A DNA stretch of 64,000 nucleotides from an uncultured Desulfarculus sp. (GCA_963665125.2 CAXXUK010000002.1:128001-192000); one strand, 5' to 3'; shown: positions 39,482 to 49,325, counted from the stretch's first letter. The notes: a model not told the origin generated them from the sequence alone. A program made the numbers and translations.

Positions 39482-40234
39482 CTACAAAGTCTGCTTCAAA
39501 GCCATTATTAGACCGGAGACCAGAAGCAGCCCGTAGACGAGCAGCTTGAAGATATACCCACTGACCAATTTATGCAACCTCTCGCCAACAAAAACGCCCA
39601 CGGGCAAAACCGGCAAAAGGCAGGCGGTGATCTTCAGGGTCTCTGGGTTGATGCGGCCGTTGATCACAAAGGCCACGGTCAATACTAAATTCAGGGGCAG
39701 CCACAGGGCGCACATGCTCACCCTGAAGGCGTCTTTGTCCAGGCCCATGCGGCTAAGCGAATACACCAGCGGCGGGCCTCCGGTGGTGAACAGCACGTGC
39801 ACCACTCCGGCCACGATCTGCCATATGGCGGCCTGCACCCGGCCCATGTCCCGGCCCTGTTCCGTGCCGCTACGGAGCATCAGCAACATCTCGCGGCCAG
39901 CGAACAGCACCACCAGCACGGCGAAGACGAGCTTGAGGGCGCCGGGGTTCAAATACGGCAGCAAAAAGAGCCCCAGACCAAAGCCCATGAAAACCATGGG
40001 CAACACCTGCACAAGGAGGGTCTTGGCCCGCAGGTGCTTGTAGTGCCGGATCATCAGGGTGCCGTACAAGAGCAGACTTACCGGCAGCATGGACCCGACG
40101 ATCAGATCCACCGAGGTGAAGTTTGCCCCGATGGCCAGGGCGATGATCGCGCCACCGAACCCCATCATCGTCTGCACCGTGTAGGCGCAAAAGATCAGCG
40201 GGAGCAGCATTATTAACAAAGATGCTTCGGGCAT
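39482..40234 (-). CDS. TauE/SafE family sulfite exporter
   Basis: Hydrophobic 250 aa with GFGGAI and GGPP motifs. Confidence 0.82.
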   Translation of the reverse strand: MPEASLLIMLLPLIFCAYTVQTMMGFGGAIIALAIGANFTSVDLIVGSMLPVSLLLYGTLMIRHYKHLRAKTLLVQVLPMVFMGFGLGLFLLPYLNPGALKLVFAVLVVLFAGREMLLMLRSGTEQGRDMGRVQAAIWQIVAGVVHVLFTTGGPPLVYSLSRMGLDKDAFRVSMCALWLPLNLVLTVAFVINGRINPETLKITACLLPVLPVGVFVGERLHKLVSGYIFKLLVYGLLLVSGLIMALKQTL

Positions 40235-40404
40235 AGTCTGTCACGCTTTGTAAGCGGCGGCGGCCAATTGTTCGCCCAAGGGCCGCCGCCTTTTATCCGT
40301 TCGCCACGGCATTTAGTTGTTCCTCCTCCCAATGGCCGCGCACATCGACCGCAGGCAATTTAGTCTAGACCGGACCCTTGGGGTGGAAACAACGCCATCT
40401 TGCT

Positions 40405-40422
40405 TGACTGACCGGACAGTCA
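40405..40422. promoter_or_regulatory. Palindromic operator-like site TGACTGACCGGACAGTCA
   Basis: Near-perfect 18-bp palindrome upstream of tauE-xsc. Confidence 0.5.
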
Positions 40423-40513
40423 TTAATTTATCGTGATATATCAGTACTTGTCAAATGTTTTTTGGGGCCAGGGTTATCTTGAAAATATTTTAGCGCCAAC
40501 CGGGCGGCATTTA

Positions 40514-40909
40514 TCAGAAAATCAGGTTGACCATTGCCGTGATGAACCCGGCGCAGCCCGCGTGCAGCAGCCACAGGAGCACGGCCTTGTTCCATTGGGT
40601 CTCATAGACATGCCGTATGAGCACAATCCTCGCGCCGGATTCAACAGCGGAGATCAACAGCGACACGTTTTGCATTCCGCCGGGACCCAACTTGTCGATA
40701 AAGGCCCAGGCAGTGCCCCAGGCAATGAGCCCGGCGGTAACGTGGACCGCAGCCACCAACACCGCGGCGGTGGCGGCCTTGCGGAAGGTGGCCCCGATGA
40801 CATCGGCGGCCCAGGCCCCGAAGCTGAAAAGGATCACGGCGGTGAAGCAGGTTATGGCAAAGCCGTAGGAAATTACGTCCCAGGGTGTGATAGCGTTGGT
40901 CGGGTCCAT
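40514..40909 (-). CDS. Small membrane protein, hypothetical
   Basis: About 4 hydrophobic segments. Same strand as priA. Confidence 0.55.
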   Translation of the reverse strand: MDPTNAITPWDVISYGFAITCFTAVILFSFGAWAADVIGATFRKAATAAVLVAAVHVTAGLIAWGTAWAFIDKLGPGGMQNVSLLISAVESGARIVLIRHVYETQWNKAVLLWLLHAGCAGFITAMVNLIF

Positions 40910-40940
40910 GCGCGCCTCTGGCCAAAAGTGATTTCAGCGA

Positions 40941-43271
40941 TCATATCAGGTTCAGCGGGTCCACGTCGACGATGAGCCGCACGCCAGGCGGCATGCCGCC
41001 CAGGCGGTGCAGGCCGAGCTGCAACAAGCGCGAGCCCTGGGAGGCCGTGGGCGTCTTGAGGATGATCTGCCAGCGGAAGCGGCCCTGGGCTTTGGACATG
41101 GGCGCCGGGGCCGGGCCCAGGACCTGGGCCTCGGGCGAGATGCGCGGAAGTTCCACGGCCAGTTTTTCGGCCAGCCCGGCGGCGGCACGCTCCACGGCCT
41201 GGAACGCGGCGCCCTCCAGGCGCAGGAGCATCAGGCGCATGAACGGCGGATAACCCAAAAGCCTGCGCTCGGCGATTTCCATTTCATAAAACAGCTCGGG
41301 CCGGTGGGTGGCTGCGGCCTGGATGGCGTGGTGCAAGGGGTCGTAGGTCTGCACGATGACCCTGCCCTTGGTTTTGCCCCTGCCCGCCCTGCCCGCGGCC
41401 TGGGTCAGCACGGTGTAGGCCCGTTCCGCCGCCCGGAAATCCGGCAGGCTCAGGGCCTGGTCGGCCAAAAGCACGCCCACCAGGTTGATGCGCGGGAAAT
41501 GGTGGCCCTTGGTGATCATCTGGGTGCCCACGATGACGTCGACATTGTGGTCGGCCACGTCCCGGAGTACCTGGCGCAGCTTGGCCGGGCTGGAGGCCGT
41601 GTCACGGTCAAGACGGGCGATGCGCCACTGGGGCTCCAACTCGGCCAGCTTGTCGGCCACGGCCTCGGTGCCCAGGCCAAGGGGCCGCATCTGGTCGCCG
41701 TCGGCCCGGCAGTGGGGGCACTTGTCGGGCAGGGGCCGGTTGTGGCCGCAGGTGTGGCAGGTCAGGCGGTTGGCCGCCCGGTGCAGGGTCAAAGACACGC
41801 TGCACGCCGGGCAGCCCACGGTCTTGCCGCAGGACGGGCACAATAAAGCCGGGGCAAACCCCCGCCGGTTCAAAAAGACGATGGCCTGGCGACCCTGGCC
41901 GATCTCCTGGCGCAGGGCCTGGTGCAGGCGCGGGCTCAGGAAGCCGCCGGTGAGTCTGCCCGCCGAGCGCAGGTCGATCACCTCCGTATCGGGCAGCACC
42001 GCGCCGCCGATACGCCGGGGCATTTCCAACAGCCTGAGCGCGCCGGAGCGGGCCCGTTCAAGTGTCGTTACAGCCGGGGTGGCCGTGCCCAATACCACCG
42101 GGCAGCCCTGCTCCTGGCCCCGCAGCAGGGCCAGGTCCCGGCCGTGGTAGCGGAAACGGTCTTCCTGCTTGTAGGCCTCGTCCTGTTCCTCGTCCACGCA
42201 GATCAGGCCCAGGTCGCGTAGCGGCGCGAACACCGCCGAGCGGGCCCCCACCACTACCATGGGTCCGCCATTGGAGATGGCCCGCCACTGGCCCCGCCGG
42301 GCCGCCGGGCTCAGGCCCGAGTGCAGTACGGCCGCGCGCTCGGCCCCGAAGCGCCGGGCCACCAGGCCTTGCAGACGCAGGGCCAGGCCGATTTCAGGCA
42401 CTAGGATCAATGCTGAAAGGCCTTGCTCCAGAGCCCGCTTGGCCGCAGCCATGTACACCTCGGTCTTGCCCGATCCGGTGACGCCGTAGAGCAAAAACGC
42501 CTGGAAGCGGCGCTCGTCAAGGGCCGGGATTATCGCCGCCATGGCGGCCTGCTGGTCTGGGCTCAATTCAGCGGGTTCGGGTTCGGCCATGATCGGCCGT
42601 CCCAGCACGTCCTTGAAGGCCGTGCGGTGGCTGATGCGGACCCAGCCCTGGCTCTCCAGGCGGCGCACCAGCGTGGCGGCCTGGCTAAACTGTTGGCGCA
42701 GTTCGGGCAGCGGAACCTCGCCTTCCCGGCGCAGGCGCTCCAGGATATTCGCGGTCTTGGTGCCCACCCTGGGCAGGTGCCCGTTGTTGCCGGGGATATA
42801 GTGGGCGATCTCCATGGAGGCCCGGCCCAGATCCGTGGCTCCGCCCGAGGGCTTGATGGAGCCCAGCCCGGCGGGCAGGGACCAGGCCAGGGCCTGGCCC
42901 GGAGGCGTCTGGTAGTGGGCCGAGGCCCGGTGATAGAAGCCCAGCATCTCCGGGGGCAGGAGTTGGGGCTCTCCGGCGGGTTCCAGTACATCCCGAACGG
43001 AGGCCAGACCCTCCACGTCACCGGCCTCTGGCAGGCCCAAGGCGAACCCCAGGGCCGTCCGGCCCCGCAGGGGCACGGCCAGCCGGGCCAGCGGCCGCAC
43101 CATGGGGGCCAATTCGGCAGGGACGCGGTAGGTCAGGGCCTTCCACAGGGGGGCGGCCACGGCGACCTCCACCCGCAGGGCCTGTTTGGCCGGGTCGGGC
43201 AACTTCAGCGTCCCCGTGCGATGCTGTTCTGGAAAATCCGTGTCATTTGAAGAGAGTCTGGGGCTTGTCAA
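40941..43271 (-). CDS. priA: Replication restart helicase PriA
   Basis: GVTGSGKTEVY, DEEQ, LNRRGF, 8-Cys zinc region, GTQMITKG and QAAGRAGR. Start uncertain. Confidence 0.95.
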   Translation of the reverse strand: MTSPRLSSNDTDFPEQHRTGTLKLPDPAKQALRVEVAVAAPLWKALTYRVPAELAPMVRPLARLAVPLRGRTALGFALGLPEAGDVEGLASVRDVLEPAGEPQLLPPEMLGFYHRASAHYQTPPGQALAWSLPAGLGSIKPSGGATDLGRASMEIAHYIPGNNGHLPRVGTKTANILERLRREGEVPLPELRQQFSQAATLVRRLESQGWVRISHRTAFKDVLGRPIMAEPEPAELSPDQQAAMAAIIPALDERRFQAFLLYGVTGSGKTEVYMAAAKRALEQGLSALILVPEIGLALRLQGLVARRFGAERAAVLHSGLSPAARRGQWRAISNGGPMVVVGARSAVFAPLRDLGLICVDEEQDEAYKQEDRFRYHGRDLALLRGQEQGCPVVLGTATPAVTTLERARSGALRLLEMPRRIGGAVLPDTEVIDLRSAGRLTGGFLSPRLHQALRQEIGQGRQAIVFLNRRGFAPALLCPSCGKTVGCPACSVSLTLHRAANRLTCHTCGHNRPLPDKCPHCRADGDQMRPLGLGTEAVADKLAELEPQWRIARLDRDTASSPAKLRQVLRDVADHNVDVIVGTQMITKGHHFPRINLVGVLLADQALSLPDFRAAERAYTVLTQAAGRAGRGKTKGRVIVQTYDPLHHAIQAAATHRPELFYEMEIAERRLLGYPPFMRLMLLRLEGAAFQAVERAAAGLAEKLAVELPRISPEAQVLGPAPAPMSKAQGRFRWQIILKTPTASQGSRLLQLGLHRLGGMPPGVRLIVDVDPLNLI

Positions 43272-43677
43272 ACCAGCCCAGGTCGATCATCTTCCAGCCG
43301 GATTCGGGCCGATAAAAAGTAAACCAGATGACCAGAGCGTTGTTCTCGAATTTTTCCAAATATAAGTAGCGCAGCATGCTGTCGCCGATCTTTTCCTGGC
43401 GGATGAATTCCATGGCAACGCGTTTGCCCAGGACCGGCAAAAGGGTTTGCCGCTGATTGACGAACTGCTGGCCCATTTTGATCAGCCGCTCTTGAGGCAG
43501 GGTCGTGTATGGTCCGATGGCCGTGATGACCTCGGGGAAGTTGTCCTGGGCCATCATGGCCACCGCCCTGTCGGCCAAGACGCGGCACTCGGATTCGCTG
43601 GCAATGGTTTGGGTCTGGGCCGACGCGGTTCCGGCCAGCAACAGGACGATAGCTATTGAAAGTAAACGCTTGAACAT
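43243..43677 (-). CDS. Exported hypothetical protein
   Basis: Signal peptide (ASA), GGGGAG RBS. Confidence 0.7.
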   Translation of the reverse strand: MFKRLLSIAIVLLLAGTASAQTQTIASESECRVLADRAVAMMAQDNFPEVITAIGPYTTLPQERLIKMGQQFVNQRQTLLPVLGKRVAMEFIRQEKIGDSMLRYLYLEKFENNALVIWFTFYRPESGWKMIDLGWFDKPQTLFK

Positions 43678-43693
43678 TGATTTCTCCCCTTGA

Positions 43694-45034
43694 TCATGCC
43701 TTGCCCAGAGGGCATCCGGTTATATCCTCGGCCCAGGCCAAAAAGCCCGGCCTGCGTTCCTGCATCTGCATGGCCTTCAGCGCGACCTCGGTGTTGGCCG
43801 CCGATTTCCAGGCCTTGATGGGCTGGGGTTCGGCCCGCTGCACAAAGGCCGTGGGCACCAGGAAGTTTACGTCACCCTGCACCGGCTGGAAATACAAATA
43901 TCCGTCCTTGACGGCAATGGGCATTGACAGGCCCTTTTCCCGCACGGCCTTGGCCGTCTCCAGGGGATAGGGGTAGTGGTTGATATTCTTGTTGAGGAAC
44001 TTGATGTCCTGGTTGGCCACGCCTTTGAGCTGGAACGACTCTATCATCACGTTGCGGCCAAGTTCCGGGTCCCAGCACAGGCTTCCGCCTTTTTGGGGAT
44101 TTTCCGGGTGGTTCCGCACTGTCTCCATGATCATGCGATAGCCTTCGAGACTCAGCTTCAGGGCCATGGCCAGGCCGTGCAAATCCAGGGAGCGGCCCAG
44201 GTAGTCCAGGTCCTCGATGTTGAACGAGACCTTGTCCCGGAACAGGGACAGGCGCGAGCGGTACTGGTCCCAGTTCAGGCTTTGGCGTATGCCGTCGGTC
44301 AGAGTGAATATCTGGCCGTCCATGGTGGTCTGCATCAGCATCTGGCCGTGGTTGTGCAGCCGTTTGACCGAGCCGGAGTCATAGACCCAGCCGCCGTTTT
44401 TGATCATGCCGTGGAAGCCCCGTTGGATCATGAACAGCACTTTTTCCGGGTCAAAGCCATAAAAATTGGCCTGCTGGAAATCGCCCAGAATCGCGTCGGC
44501 CGAATTTTCTCCGGCGATGATCAACAGCCACTGTTTGCGCAGGACCGTACTCGGCGGCAGACCCGCCTCCTGGGCCAGCAGGCTCAGGTCCCAGGCCAGT
44601 TGCAGCATGTGGCGGCGGCCAAGGCTTATATCGTGCAGGGACAGCGGCTTGACGGCCGGGCGGCCCACGCCCAGCTTTTGCAGGACCTCGTAGGTCAGGT
44701 CCCTGGCGGGGTTGATCATGTATTTGGGGCCCATGCCCAGACGGGTGGCCTCGCCGGCGCAGGTGTGCTCCAGGAGCACCTCGCCGTGCAGCAGGGCGTC
44801 CTTGGCCAAGGCGATGTCATTGGGCGTGACGATTTTGTCATCCATTACCACGATATTACGGGGCTGCTCCAGGATGTCCAGGCGCGGGTATTGGTTGAGA
44901 TCATCTTCGGCCTCGGCCACATCGCCCACCGTGGGGTAGCCGGCCAACCGCTCACCGGCCATGGCCATGCAACCGGCGATGTAGGCGGTAAAGTCGTTTA
45001 GCGGAACAGGAGTCGGCTTTGCCGGATCAAGCAT
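43694..45034 (-). CDS. UDPGP-type (UDP-sugar pyrophosphorylase family) nucleotidyltransferase-like protein
   Basis: AGEATRLGMGPK, HNHG, NIEDL and KGG resemble UGPase/UAP family motifs. Confidence 0.55.
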   Translation of the reverse strand: MLDPAKPTPVPLNDFTAYIAGCMAMAGERLAGYPTVGDVAEAEDDLNQYPRLDILEQPRNIVVMDDKIVTPNDIALAKDALLHGEVLLEHTCAGEATRLGMGPKYMINPARDLTYEVLQKLGVGRPAVKPLSLHDISLGRRHMLQLAWDLSLLAQEAGLPPSTVLRKQWLLIIAGENSADAILGDFQQANFYGFDPEKVLFMIQRGFHGMIKNGGWVYDSGSVKRLHNHGQMLMQTTMDGQIFTLTDGIRQSLNWDQYRSRLSLFRDKVSFNIEDLDYLGRSLDLHGLAMALKLSLEGYRMIMETVRNHPENPQKGGSLCWDPELGRNVMIESFQLKGVANQDIKFLNKNINHYPYPLETAKAVREKGLSMPIAVKDGYLYFQPVQGDVNFLVPTAFVQRAEPQPIKAWKSAANTEVALKAMQMQERRPGFLAWAEDITGCPLGKA

Positions 45035-45087
45035 TGGAGCCCCCTTTGCTGATGATTTTGGCTGAAGCCATTGAAGGCGTTGTTTGT

Positions 45088-46449
45088 TCAGTGTAACCCG
45101 ACAAGCGCCGTTGGGGCAAATTCCCGGTCCAGCCCCAACATATCGGCCATGAGGCCGCCCAGGCCGGCCACGCTTTTGGGCCTGTCAGGCGGCGCGGGCC
45201 AGGCGCAGGCAAGGGCCCCCGTGGGCCGGTGGGTGCCGCTGAGATGGCTGACGCCGAATACGCCTGGCCGGTCCAGGCCCGCCCGCAGGCTGTAGCCAGG
45301 CGCGGCCACGGCCACCAGATCCGGCGCGGTTTCGGCCTGGGGGCCATGATACAGGTCTTTGCCGCGATGCACCGCCGCTATGGGCGCCTCTTCGACCACG
45401 CTGATGCGGTCGGAGCCCTGCTCCACCCGGCGGAAGCGCAGGGCCAGGAGGCCCTCGCTGATGCGCTCCAAGAGGGCCTGGGCCTCTGGGCCGGGATGGA
45501 CCCAGCCGCCGGGGAAGCGCCCGGCCCAATGCAGGTGGATGCGGCCCGGATCAAGGGCAATGGCCGCCGTGCGGGGCAGAATGGTTTCATTGGGCGGTTC
45601 GCCCTGGATCTGCAACAGGCCCTGGGAGACCAGCCAGGGGTTGAGATAGACCTCCGAGCGGATGGGGCCGAATGAATGATCGGCGGCGATGAGCAGGCTG
45701 GCCTTGCCGGACGCGATGTCCGCGGCGCGGTGCTCCAGAACCCTGCCGATGAAACCGTCTGCCAGTCGGTATATCTCCAGGGCCGCCCGGGCCAGGGGGT
45801 GGCCGTCATCCCACAGGGCCGGCCAGGCGAAATGGTTGACCCGGTCGGTGTCGGTGATAACCGCCGCGTAGAGATCCCACGGCTCTTGTTTGAGTATTTG
45901 CTCGAAGTATTGCAACCGCACGGCCAGGGCCGCGGATATGTCGGCCAGAAGCCCGGCCACGTCATCGCGGCCCCGGTCCAACTCGGCCTCGGCCCGGTAT
46001 CCGGCGGCCTCCAGGCTGGCCAACAGGCCCGGCGGATGTACGCCCTGGGCCAGATCCGGGCAGACAAACCCGCTGATCATCACCCCGTTGATGTCCGAAG
46101 CCGGGAAGGTAAGCGGCAGACCCAGAATGGCCGAGCGGCGGCCCTGGGCCGAGAGCAGGTCCCACAGGCGCGGAGACCGGACCATGGTCGAGTCCGTGGG
46201 TGCCATGGCGTAGGCCCCGGGCCGGTGGTGGGCAAAGCCGTAGATGCCGTGCTCGCCGGGCTCTTGGCCGCTGAACATGGTGGTCCAGCACACCGGCGAA
46301 ACGTCGGGCAGGGGCGAGGCGGTGGGCCAAGCCGCGCCCCGCGCCATCAGCCCGGCCAGGTTGGGCATCACGCCCCGCAGGGCCAGGCTCTGGGCCAGGT
46401 CCAGGCCAACGCCGTCCAGGCCGATGAATATCAGCCGTCCAGGTTCCAT
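45088..46449 (-). CDS. Alkaline phosphatase superfamily nucleotide pyrophosphatase/phosphodiesterase
   Basis: IGLDG, SPVCWTTMFSG, DRVNH, ADHSF and GTH motifs. Confidence 0.8.
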   Translation of the reverse strand: MEPGRLIFIGLDGVGLDLAQSLALRGVMPNLAGLMARGAAWPTASPLPDVSPVCWTTMFSGQEPGEHGIYGFAHHRPGAYAMAPTDSTMVRSPRLWDLLSAQGRRSAILGLPLTFPASDINGVMISGFVCPDLAQGVHPPGLLASLEAAGYRAEAELDRGRDDVAGLLADISAALAVRLQYFEQILKQEPWDLYAAVITDTDRVNHFAWPALWDDGHPLARAALEIYRLADGFIGRVLEHRAADIASGKASLLIAADHSFGPIRSEVYLNPWLVSQGLLQIQGEPPNETILPRTAAIALDPGRIHLHWAGRFPGGWVHPGPEAQALLERISEGLLALRFRRVEQGSDRISVVEEAPIAAVHRGKDLYHGPQAETAPDLVAVAAPGYSLRAGLDRPGVFGVSHLSGTHRPTGALACAWPAPPDRPKSVAGLGGLMADMLGLDREFAPTALVGLH

Positions 46450-47318
46450 TTGTCCCGGGCTTGTTTGATGATTTGCGCGCCGGAGCTGGTGCCCAGACGT
46501 CCCGCCCCGGCCTCGATCAGGGCCATGGCCTGGTCCAGGTCACGGATGCCGCCCGCCGCCTTGATCCCCAGGTCCGCAGCGGCCAGGCGCATGATTCGAA
46601 CGTCTTCAACCGTGGCCGGGCCGTAATGGCCGGAGCCGGTCTTGAGCCAGGCCGCGCCGCTGGGGGCCAGAGCGGCGGCGACCTCGGCGGTGAGCCGGGG
46701 CCCCAGTTCACTGGTCTCCATGATCACCTTGACCTCGGCCGGGGACACGGCCTGGACAATGGCCGCTATCTCGTCCACGGCCCGTCCTAGGTCGCCGGAA
46801 AAGACCAGGCCCCGGTTGAGCACCACGTCCAGTTCAACGGCTCCGCATTTGGCGGCCTCCACGGCCTGGGCCAGTTTACCGCCGTAGTCGGACATGCCCA
46901 GGGGGAAATCCACCACCGTGCACACGGCCACTTCAGAGCCTTTCAGGACTTCGGCTGCTCGGGGCACCATCCAGGGGCAGACGCAGGCCGCGGCGAAGTT
47001 GTTTTCCAGGCACTGGTCCAACAACCTCCCCAGATCGTCCAGGGTGGCCTCCGGTTTGAGCAGGGTGTGGTCGATGCTGCGGGCCAGGGCGGCCAGTGAG
47101 TTGGCCTGGCTCACCTCGCGGATAATGGCCTCGGCTTTTTGTTGGTCCGCCTGCTCCACGTAGATGGCCCCGAAGCCCTTTTGGCTGACAAACAGGCCAT
47201 CATAGGCCGTGTCCTGATAGGAGCGCAGCACGTATTCGATGCCCGCATCGCCCAAGGCCCCGGCCAGGACGTCCGCTTCGAAGCGGTTGTCGGCCACGCA
47301 AAGTTTGATCATGCCCAT
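46431..47318 (-). CDS. deoC: Deoxyribose-phosphate aldolase with N-terminal DUF2007-like domain
   Basis: IDHTLLKP, VVDFPLG, KVIMET, KAAGGIR and RLGTSS motifs, plus an extra ~75-aa N-terminal domain. Confidence 0.88.
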   Translation of the reverse strand: MGMIKLCVADNRFEADVLAGALGDAGIEYVLRSYQDTAYDGLFVSQKGFGAIYVEQADQQKAEAIIREVSQANSLAALARSIDHTLLKPEATLDDLGRLLDQCLENNFAAACVCPWMVPRAAEVLKGSEVAVCTVVDFPLGMSDYGGKLAQAVEAAKCGAVELDVVLNRGLVFSGDLGRAVDEIAAIVQAVSPAEVKVIMETSELGPRLTAEVAAALAPSGAAWLKTGSGHYGPATVEDVRIMRLAAADLGIKAAGGIRDLDQAMALIEAGAGRLGTSSGAQIIKQARDKWNLDG

Positions 47319-47506
47319 GATATTTCTCCGGCCCTGCTTGCCGTTTTCGGAAATTGTTCGCTCCACCAGTTATCAGCTTGCGGCCGTCAGCGCAAGAGGC
47401 GGCTAAATTTAGATTTTAATGTGGTGCCTCGGCGGGTTGATGACATAATATGCAAACGAACCTTCGTATTTGCTTTTAATATTTATCCGGTCGGATCGTA
47501 AACCCA

Positions 47507-48604
47507 TTGGATCTATTTAATATCATTACTCCAATGTCCTATTGGATTCTCGTTCTGCTGTGGACGGGAATTCTGGTCTTTTTTTTGGGCCGGCTGTTTT
47601 CCCGCGAAAGCAAAAGCCGTTTCCTTGTCGTATTGCTGATAATCCTTTCAATAGACGCATTCAGGACCTTGTTTGAAAGCGCCTACTTTGGTTTATGGTC
47701 CACCTCAATGGTCGGCATGCTGCCGCCATCCGTTCATGAGATTCTAACCCGGCCCCAGTATGTTTTCATTCCAAAGTTCATCAATGTGCTGGCCGCGCTG
47801 GTGGTGGTGTTCATCCTGATCAAAAAATGGTTGCCCGCCGAAACAGCGGAACGCAGGGAACAACTTGCCCGGATCAGCGCCCTGGAACAGGAAATGCAGC
47901 AACGGCTATCGGCCGAAGATGCCATGGAGCAAAGGAATCAATTTCTTGTCGAGTTCATGCACGAAGCGCCCATACCCATCACCGTTCACGACACCGATGG
48001 CACGCTGACCAGGGCAAACGAGGCCTGGCGGAAGATGTGGGAGATACATGATTTGTCAGAGGTGTTGGGACGCTTTAGCATCCTCAAAGACCGCCAGACA
48101 CAAAAAGACGGCTTGAGCGCCATATTTCAAGAGGTCGTGGAAGCCAAGAGGTTTGGTAGGTTCGATGGGAAATACACGCCCATGGAATCGGGAATGCCCG
48201 GAATTACAAGGGTGGTCAGCGTTAGCCTGTATCCCATGGTGGTCTCCGGGGAGGTGTTCCGCGTAATCACCATCAGTTTGGACCTTACCGATGAATACCA
48301 CCGTCAGACCGAGCAGAAGCGCCAGGCCCACAACCAGGGGGCCCTGGAGATGGCCGGGGCGGCCTGCCATGAATTGAACCAGCCGTTGCAGGTCATCACC
48401 GCCCAACTGGAAATGCTGCTGGAGGAAGAGCAAGCCAACCCCCAAGCTGGCAGGCGTATCGCTACCATGAGCGGCGAAGTCAAACGCATGGCCGATATCA
48501 TCCGCAAGATGGAAAAACTGACCACCGTCGAGACCATGGACTACCTGGGGGATACCAGGATAGTCGATATCAAGGGTTCAAAAAGCGGCAATGGTGATGG
48601 TTGA
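47507..48604 (+). CDS. Membrane PAS protein with HisKA (H-box) but no ATPase domain
   Basis: TM helices, PAS, CHELNQPL. Ends about 60 aa after the H-box. Confidence 0.75.
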   Translation: MDLFNIITPMSYWILVLLWTGILVFFLGRLFSRESKSRFLVVLLIILSIDAFRTLFESAYFGLWSTSMVGMLPPSVHEILTRPQYVFIPKFINVLAALVVVFILIKKWLPAETAERREQLARISALEQEMQQRLSAEDAMEQRNQFLVEFMHEAPIPITVHDTDGTLTRANEAWRKMWEIHDLSEVLGRFSILKDRQTQKDGLSAIFQEVVEAKRFGRFDGKYTPMESGMPGITRVVSVSLYPMVVSGEVFRVITISLDLTDEYHRQTEQKRQAHNQGALEMAGAACHELNQPLQVITAQLEMLLEEEQANPQAGRRIATMSGEVKRMADIIRKMEKLTTVETMDYLGDTRIVDIKGSKSGNGDG

Positions 48605-48637
48605 GCCGGGAGGCCCGGCTCGGGTCGGATTGTTCCG

Positions 48638-48964
48638 TCAGGCCGAGGCGTCGTCGGCGCGGACGCCCTGGGCCGAGGCCAATAGCTTGAGCTTGACCGA
48701 GGTGGGCAGGGCCAGCTTGTTTTCCCTGGTGCAGGGCACGTCGGCTCCGCCCACCGGGCTGCCTACGTTTTGCCAGTCCTGCAGGATGTAATCCAGGATA
48801 TCGTCATTGATGGTCTGTCCTTGCGCGGCTTTGGACGCGCCCTTGTGGCGGCGCTCCAGGGCCATCAGGGTGGCGGTGTCCATGCGGCGGACCATGAAAA
48901 CGGCGCCGTCGATGCTCACCTTGAAGCGTTCCTCCGGGTCGATGATCTGAATTCCCTTTGCCAT
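48638..48964 (-). CDS. Phage tail assembly chaperone-like protein (paralog 2)
   Basis: ILQDWQNV...DVPCTRENKLAL. AAGGAG RBS. Confidence 0.55.
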   Translation of the reverse strand: MAKGIQIIDPEERFKVSIDGAVFMVRRMDTATLMALERRHKGASKAAQGQTINDDILDYILQDWQNVGSPVGGADVPCTRENKLALPTSVKLKLLASAQGVRADDASA

Positions 48965-48965
48965 G

Positions 48966-49325
48966 TCAAATCTCCTTTGGCGGCAGCGGTTCCTTGGCCG
49001 CGCGCACCAGTTTTTCCCGCACCGACGCCGGAAGCATCCGCGCCGCCTCGGGGGTGTACTCTAGCGGCCCTCCGTCCGGGCCGGTCACGTTTTCCCAACC
49101 CACCAGCACATGGGCGCAGATGGCCCGCTCCAAGGCGGCGGGGGGGATGACCATGCGGGGCGGCTGCCCGCGGTATTCGCCGGGCGCGGGCACAGTTTGC
49201 TGCCGCTCCAGGGCGGCCAGCGCGCCGATGCTCAGGCGCCGGTAATAAAGTGTCGAGTCCCCCAGCCTCAGGGGCCAGCGTTCGTTGGGATCGACCAAAA
49301 CGATTTTTGCGGGTTCGTTTTCCAT
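48966..49325 (-). CDS. Phage tail assembly chaperone-like protein (paralog 1)
   Basis: LVGWENVTGPDGGPLEYTPEAARML. Confidence 0.55.
   Translation of the reverse strand: MENEPAKIVLVDPNERWPLRLGDSTLYYRRLSIGALAALERQQTVPAPGEYRGQPPRMVIPPAALERAICAHVLVGWENVTGPDGGPLEYTPEAARMLPASVREKLVRAAKEPLPPKEI

Noticed and set aside
37763..39511. Long antisense ORFs (also 57548..59059, 28243..29454, 31583..32926 and others)
   Set aside because: Shadow ORFs caused by high-GC codon bias opposite clearly identified genes.
49005..49025. Programmed -1 frameshift (lambda G/GT type) between the TAC-like genes
   Set aside because: GGGAAAA is not in X-XXY-YYZ register and the second gene is in the +1 frame with its own RBS.
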